Source: Piromyces finnis finn (taxonomy: Eukaryota > Fungi > Neocallimastigomycota). Taken from it: a stretch of 64,000 nucleotides of DNA. Where the stretch lies: positions 186,001 to 250,000 of the forward strand of contig MCFH01000055.1 in assembly GCA_002104945.1 (NCBI GenBank), in the 5' to 3' direction. This document shows positions 58,002 through 64,000 of this stretch, piece after piece. The notes under the pieces were generated by a model, which was not told the origin of the DNA, made no database searches, and saw nothing but the letters and a program-made list of their open reading frames with translations. How positions within the stretch are numbered: the first letter of the stretch is position 1; each line of letters opens with the position of its first letter. Both the position numbers and the translations under genes were made by a program.

Positions 58002-58590
58002 AATAAAATAAAATAAAATGTAAAAAAAATGTATAAAATAGAAAAGTAATTCAATATAACTTCATAAATATGTTACATATATATATATTTAAATTAATAA
58101 AATATATTAAAAATAAATAACTCTAAAATCGACTTATAATATTTAAGCTGCTACATTTTATTATGTAAATAAATAATATTCATTTTTATTTTTTAATAAA
58201 AATTCAAATAGTTTTATTTTGATTTCCTGATTTTAGTATATACTGTTTAAAAACATATAATTGTTTCATCGTTAAATATCAAAAGATTGGAAAGGATATG
58301 ATTGATATCATTGCTGAAGAAACAGTAAGACAGGATTTTCCCTCCCCCACTACCCAATGCAGAACATAATTTTTTCCACTAACAAAACTTTATTTTTTTG
58401 ACGCCAAGTCCAATTGAAAGTAAAATATTAATTATTGTTTTAATGTAATAGATGCAATAATGGCCTTTTAACTTTAATTAAAATTACTAAAATATATTAT
58501 ATCCTATTTTTATTCAGTTTTGTTTAATTTATTTATTAAAAATTCTTAATTTTTAAGTTTTAAATTTATTTTTAAATATTTTAAATATAT
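56857..58590. repeat. Right arm of the 1734-bp inverted repeat (spacer 55828-56856, 1029 bp)
   Basis: Reverse complement of 54094-55827. Confidence 0.93.
57428..57802 (+). CDS. Secreted Cys-rich protein, type C' (identical inverted copy of 54882-55256)
   Basis: Identical 124-aa translation; transcribed divergently from type C. Confidence 0.85.
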   Translation: MQFNLKYLLALLAVPAALAYIDEPCKTDIIHGEGVCIKSSDCKMYSNQKGSVYKYAGTSSRWPCPNDPDDVICCVKKVSTLKSGIVLKKTGRCLNVSNCSTKNHYLVNTAECPGSDNVKLCVPN

Positions 58591-59120
58591 AGTTATAATT
58601 TCAATTAAAATAATAATAAAAATTTTAAAATATTTGCTAAAGTTCAAAAAATAGAGAAATGGATGTAATGGTGTTAAAAAATATTTAAATTTCATGTTTC
58701 CGTTAAATTATAAATATTTATTTTTCCAAATTTTATTATTATCAAAAAAGATTAGTTACTATATAATTATTGTTAATAAAAAACATATTAAATTTTAATA
58801 AAAAAAAAATACACCATTAATCATGCATAATATAATATATTATAGAATATTAGATCTTTTCTTAATATCAAATTTTATTATAAAAAATGTGTTTTTATAA
58901 TATTTTTTATAAAAATATTTGTTTTTTATTTTTTTTACTTTTTGATTATAAAATGTACAAATGTATAAATGTATTATAACATTATAATATATTTAACATT
59001 TTTATGATACATTATTTAATATTAATTAATATTAATAAGTATTTTTTATGATTATTAAATTTCATTATTACTTATAATAAAAGAATTATCGAAATACTTA
59101 AAAAAAAATCAATAGATTTT

Positions 59121-60200
59121 TTACCAACCAGCAATGTTTTTGTAAACATGAGATTTATCAACATTACCATTAATACCTTTAACAGAACCAGAAGAAGAGT
59201 ATTGCCAAGCATCATATGAAGAAGTAGATGGACTATTGTTACTGTATTTAGCTACCCAAATGTAAGCACCAGCATCAGTTAATTTCTTTAAATCAAGATT
59301 ATCTCTAAACCAACTTTCAGAAGCGTAAACTCCAGCCTTGTAACCAAGAGCCTTAATCTTTTTAATGAAAGCAACAGCACAATTTGTTCTAGTAGTTTTA
59401 GATAAACCATCAGCTCTTCCAGTATTACCTGATGCACCAGATAATTCAGAATCCCAAAAGATTGGGAAGTTGTTAGTCTTACCCTTTAAAAGAGTATTGA
59501 CAACATAAGTAGCTTCAGCTTCAGCTTCGGCAGTAGTCTTAGCTTGAGTAAAGAAGTAATAACCAATCTTTGTTTTTCCTTTGAAACCATTATAGTGAGT
59601 TTCTAATTTATCATCCTTTGCTAATGAACCAGAAGAGCCATATCCTCTATAACCACAACGAAGGATAACACCATCGATTTCTTTAGCAGCAGCAGAATAA
59701 TCATTAACAACATTCCATTTAGAAAGATCAATAATTTCCTTTTGTTTAAATGTTGTTGGTTTAATAATAGTTGTAGCCTTCTTAGTGGTAGTTGTCTTTT
59801 TGGTAGTAGTAGTAGTCTTTTTAGTAGTAGTAGTCTTTTTAGTAGTAGTAGTTACTTTTGGAACACATAACTTTACATTACTACTTCCTGGACATTGATT
59901 AGAGTAAAGAGTGTTTGAATTGGTTGGGCATTTGGAAACATTTTTGCAAACACCTGCTTTACTAAGGTTTGTACCATTAGTAAGTTGTGTGACTTTCTTA
60001 ACACAACATAAAATATTAGCTGGATCATTTTTACAATAGCCAGTATAAGTAGTTGCAGTACCTTTTTGACCACTTGACATTTTACATAAAGATTTATCTA
60101 TACAAACACCTTCGCCTCCAGGGGCAGTACAAGGATCTTCAACTTTAGCAAGAGCTAATGGTACTAATAAAGTTAATAAGCATTTTAAATTTAAACGCAT
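59121..60200 (-). CDS. Secreted GH25 muramidase, type A' (paralog of 49447-50526)
   Basis: Identical to A except 7 residues: one in the linker and six clustered at the start of the GH25 domain (NDYS...GYRGYGSSGSLAKDDK). Confidence 0.92.
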   Translation of the reverse strand: MRLNLKCLLTLLVPLALAKVEDPCTAPGGEGVCIDKSLCKMSSGQKGTATTYTGYCKNDPANILCCVKKVTQLTNGTNLSKAGVCKNVSKCPTNSNTLYSNQCPGSSNVKLCVPKVTTTTKKTTTTKKTTTTTKKTTTTKKATTIIKPTTFKQKEIIDLSKWNVVNDYSAAAKEIDGVILRCGYRGYGSSGSLAKDDKLETHYNGFKGKTKIGYYFFTQAKTTAEAEAEATYVVNTLLKGKTNNFPIFWDSELSGASGNTGRADGLSKTTRTNCAVAFIKKIKALGYKAGVYASESWFRDNLDLKKLTDAGAYIWVAKYSNNSPSTSSYDAWQYSSSGSVKGINGNVDKSHVYKNIAGW

Positions 60201-61869
60201 TTTTATTTTCTTTTTTTTTCTAGAAAAATATTATATGTTCTTTTTTTTTATTTTATTACTATAAAATTAATATAATTATTTTATTATTATTATTTACAAT
60301 TATAATATTTCTTATTTTAAAATTTTTTAACAATTATACCTCTATTTATACTTATTTTTATTAATAATATGTTATTTTCATATGAATATTCCTTATCTTC
60401 ATTGAAAATATATAATAAATATATTATTTTTATTTTAAATTAAAAAGTTTTTCTTGATATATTTAAAAATAAAAATGGTTTGATAATTATTCATATTATT
60501 TAATTTCAATCATTAATATTGTTCTAATTATTTTTAAAAATATATATAGTATATATAGTATTATTCATCTTTATTTTTTAATTCTATAATTTTAATAGTA
60601 AAACTATATAAAATATACTTTTCTTTTAATTATTAATGGTTAAAGGTAATTAAAAATTAAAAATTGGCTTTTTTTTATTTAGATAATTAATCATTAAAAT
60701 TATATTAAAATATTTATTATTAAATATATTTATAATTTATTTAATAAAAATAAGCTTTCTTGAAATTTGAGTAATAAGATCGGAGAGAAAATAACAATTT
60801 ATTTGATAAAATAAAAAAAAATAGTAATATTAAAAAATAGTATTAATAAAAAAAATAATTTTGATATAATGAATATTATGTTAATAAAAATAAAATGAAA
60901 AAAAAAACTTTATCAAAACCATTTTCTTTAATAAAAAAAAAAAACATCTACTTTTTAATAGAAAAAAACAATAAAAAAAAAAAAAAAAATCATTCGAAAA
61001 TTTATTGGGACAATTAAATATAAATTATTATTTTAATGACTAAGGTTTAATTAAAATAAAAACATAATTTTTTTTTTACATTTTCTATTTATAGATTTTA
61101 GTGTAACATATTATAAAAATGTATTTATAAACGTTTTAGGAGAGGTTTTAATTTACTTTTAATGAATTTCATTATTTTAATTATTTGTTGTTTTATGATC
61201 TATAGTACATATTTCTATAATATTATGATAATTTTCCTATTTCTAATAAACGATATAAAAAGTATAATAAAATATTATTTAAATTTAATTATTAGGTATT
61301 TCTAGTATTTCTAATATTTTCAATGTATCAGTTGTTTAGATATTATGAACTATTATTACATTTATTATTTAATTTATATTTTATTATTATTTCATATCAA
61401 AATAAAAATTAGTTTTCAATAATGAAAAAATAATATTATACTAAATTGACTTATTAAAATAATAGTTTTTTATAAACTATTATTTTAATAATAAAAAAGT
61501 ATCATAATTTACTATATAATAATTCAATAATACACTAAATATTTTATTTTATTAAAAAGATTTATTATTTAATTTTATTTTTATTTAATTTTTATTTAAT
61601 TTTTATTTTTTTTATCAATTATAAAACCATTATTTAAATTTTTTTATTTAAAAAATAAAATTATAAAGTGTTTTTGTCAACTAGCAATATAAATACATAA
61701 ATATTAAGCATCATTAATTTCTGATTTAATTATAAGACGAAGTGAGTATGGTTAATTACAATAATAATTTATAAGATTTATAATCCAAATTGTAACTATA
61801 AGAATTAACAATTTGGTTGAAATTATACATATTAATGAAAACTAATTATCATATATTTTATATTACAGT

Positions 61870-62952
61870 TTACCAACCAGCAATGTTTTTGTAAACATGA
61901 GATTTATCAACATTACCATTAATACCTTTAACAGAACCAGAAGAAGTATATTGCCAAGCATCATACGAAGAAGTAGATGGACTACTGCTGCTGTATTTAG
62001 CTACCCAAATGTAAGCACCAGCATCAGTTAATTTCTTTAAATCAAGATTATCTCTAAACCAACTTTCAGAAGCGTAAACTCCAGCCTTGTAACCAAGAGC
62101 CTTAATCTTTTTAATGAAAGCAACAGCACAATTTGTTCTAGTAGTTTTAGATAAACCATCAGCTCTTCCAGTATTACCTGATGCACCAGATAATTCAGAA
62201 TCCCAAAAGATTGGGAAATTGTTGGTCTTACCCTTTAAAAGAGTATTGACAACATAAGTAGCTTCAGCTTCAGCTTCGGCAGTAGTCTTAGCTTGAGTAA
62301 AGAAATAATAACCAATCTTTGTTTTTCCTTTGAAACCATTATAGTGAGTTTCTAAACTATCATCTTTTGCTAAATTACCAGCAGATCCATATCCTCTTAT
62401 ACCACAACGAAGAATAACACCATCGATTTCTTTAGCAGCAGCAGCATAGTCAGTAACAACATTCCATTGAGAAATATCAATAATTTCCTTTTGTTTAAAT
62501 GTTGTTGGTTTAATAATAGTTGTAGTCTTCTTAGTGGTAGTAGTAGTCTTTTTAATAGTTGTCTTTTTAGTCGTAGTTTTTGATTTTGGTACACATAATT
62601 TAACATTATTAGTTCCTGGGCATTCATAAGTATTAATTAATGTATTAAAAGTTGTTGAACACTTTGAAACATTTAAACAACGACCAGTAGCACCAAGAGC
62701 TTGACCACTTCTAAGTGTAGTAACCTTTTTAATACAACAAATAACATTATCTGGATCATTTGGACATGGCCAATTTGGAGCTGAACCAGCATATTTAATA
62801 GCTGAACCTTTTTGACTACCATACATTATACAATCGGTATCTTTAACACAGACACCTTCACCATAGGAACCACCATTACATGGTTGATCAATATAAGCAA
62901 GTGCAGTTGGAACTGCTAATAAACTTAATAAATATTTTATATTAAAATGCAT
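61870..62952 (-). CDS. Secreted GH25 muramidase, type B' (paralog of 51970-53052)
   Basis: Protein identical to B; the few nucleotide differences seen are synonymous. Confidence 0.92.
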   Translation of the reverse strand: MHFNIKYLLSLLAVPTALAYIDQPCNGGSYGEGVCVKDTDCIMYGSQKGSAIKYAGSAPNWPCPNDPDNVICCIKKVTTLRSGQALGATGRCLNVSKCSTTFNTLINTYECPGTNNVKLCVPKSKTTTKKTTIKKTTTTTKKTTTIIKPTTFKQKEIIDISQWNVVTDYAAAAKEIDGVILRCGIRGYGSAGNLAKDDSLETHYNGFKGKTKIGYYFFTQAKTTAEAEAEATYVVNTLLKGKTNNFPIFWDSELSGASGNTGRADGLSKTTRTNCAVAFIKKIKALGYKAGVYASESWFRDNLDLKKLTDAGAYIWVAKYSSSSPSTSSYDAWQYTSSGSVKGINGNVDKSHVYKNIAGW

Positions 62953-64000
62953 TCTTAAGAATTTTTTTCTATTAAATTTCTTATATTTTTAAAAATTTTT
63001 TATTTTCTTTTTACTAAAAAATATATATATATATAAGGATCTATATCTATATTTATAATATTTTCTACTTTATTATTTACTGCTTTAACTCAAATAAACC
63101 AATAATATTTATTTATTAAAGTTATAATTTTCTTATTACATTATATTTATTTTTAGTTATATCATTCAACTTTGATATGTTTATTACAATTTAAGCTTCA
63201 CTAATATATAATTTATAAATTTTTTTGTATAAAAATTAAAATTTAAATTATTAAAACAAGCAACAAATGAACGATAATTTCTTTAATATATTAAAATTAT
63301 GAAAAGATAAAGATAAATTATTGGCAATTAAATTAATAAAAAATAGAAATACTCTTTTCTTATATTATTATAGTAATTTAAAAAAAAATTATTTGATTTT
63401 TTATTTATATAAAGTAAATATAAATTTTAAAATTATTTATATTCTAACCCTATTGTTGTTAAATATTTTAAATAATAATCTACTTAGCATAGAACATTAT
63501 ATTAACAATATATACAGACAGACAACATAATTTATATGTTGACATAATATTGAATGTTATTATATTATCAAATAAAAAATATTCATTATATAAAAAAAGA
63601 AAAAGAATTGATACACTGTTAATTTTTATTTTATTTTTTTTATAACTTTATCATCAAAAATAATTCTATTAATAGAATTACTAATAAAACTATTAAAATC
63701 AATATTTAATATATATATTTTTACGATTAATAGAAAATATATTTTGTTTTTATAATCTAATTCATAATTATATTCATTATTAAATTTAAAAGTTATGATT
63801 TCAAAATGTACCAGTAATCAAATACTATAAATATACATAATAGGTATTATGGATAAGAAATTTAAATATTGAGTTTTTTAACAAACAAGCAAAACAAACA
63901 AAAAAATATTACATCATTTGTATTAACAGACAACTATTCAAGGAGAAACAATAATAGAAAATAGAAAAGGCAACTAAAAATAGGAATATATTTCAATCAA

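Larger units (their letters stand above)
59121..62953. repeat. Direct segmental duplicate of 49447-53053 (A+B gene pair)
   Basis: The offset is 9674 at A and 9900 at B. Intergenic blocks 50930-51450 / 60550-61075 and the B 3' flanks are nearly identical, separated by diverged patches. Confidence 0.9.

Noticed and set aside
54094-58590. Fold-back or DNA transposon with long terminal inverted repeats
   Set aside because: No TSD at the outer ends, no transposase, and the arms contain host genes; better explained as an inverted segmental duplication.
49447-62952. Bacterial or phage contamination or prophage endolysins
   Set aside because: The genes have eukaryotic signal peptides and Thr/Lys linkers, sit in the same AT-rich intergenic DNA as the spliced neighbours, and there are no phage genes or operon structure.
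53208-63057. TATAAATA boxes about 100-180 bp upstream of each cluster gene as a shared regulon motif
   Set aside because: The 8-mer is too frequent in DNA this AT-rich to be significant without TSS data.

Overview
This is an extremely AT-rich, intron-rich eukaryotic window, most likely from an anaerobic gut fungus (Neocallimastigomycota-like; inferred from composition, intron style and Thr/Lys linkers). From 1 to 18 kb it holds the 3' part of an ORF-intact Ty1/Copia element with a very short putative LTR, and a second LTR copy at 17.2 kb. It also holds a tRNA-headed, poly(A)-tailed SINE-like insertion with a perfect 15-bp target-site duplication, a Ste12-like transcription factor and a decayed LINE RT relic. 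From 19 to 49 kb lie mostly housekeeping genes (GPN3, TCTP, condensin Cnd1, Drs2 flippase, an RluA-family pseudouridine synthase) plus three unknown genes. The most striking part is 49.4-63 kb, a six-gene cluster of intronless secreted proteins. Four are fusions of a signal peptide, two Cys-rich (beta-defensin-like) repeats, a Thr/Lys linker and a Firmicute-like GH25 muramidase. Two are enzyme-less copies carrying only the Cys-rich repeats, sitting in a 1.73-kb near-perfect inverted repeat. The catalytic domains are homogenised, apparently by gene conversion, while the Cys-rich modules come in three divergent versions. I interpret this as a candidate modular antibacterial arsenal. All family assignments are from motif recognition by eye; no searches were run.
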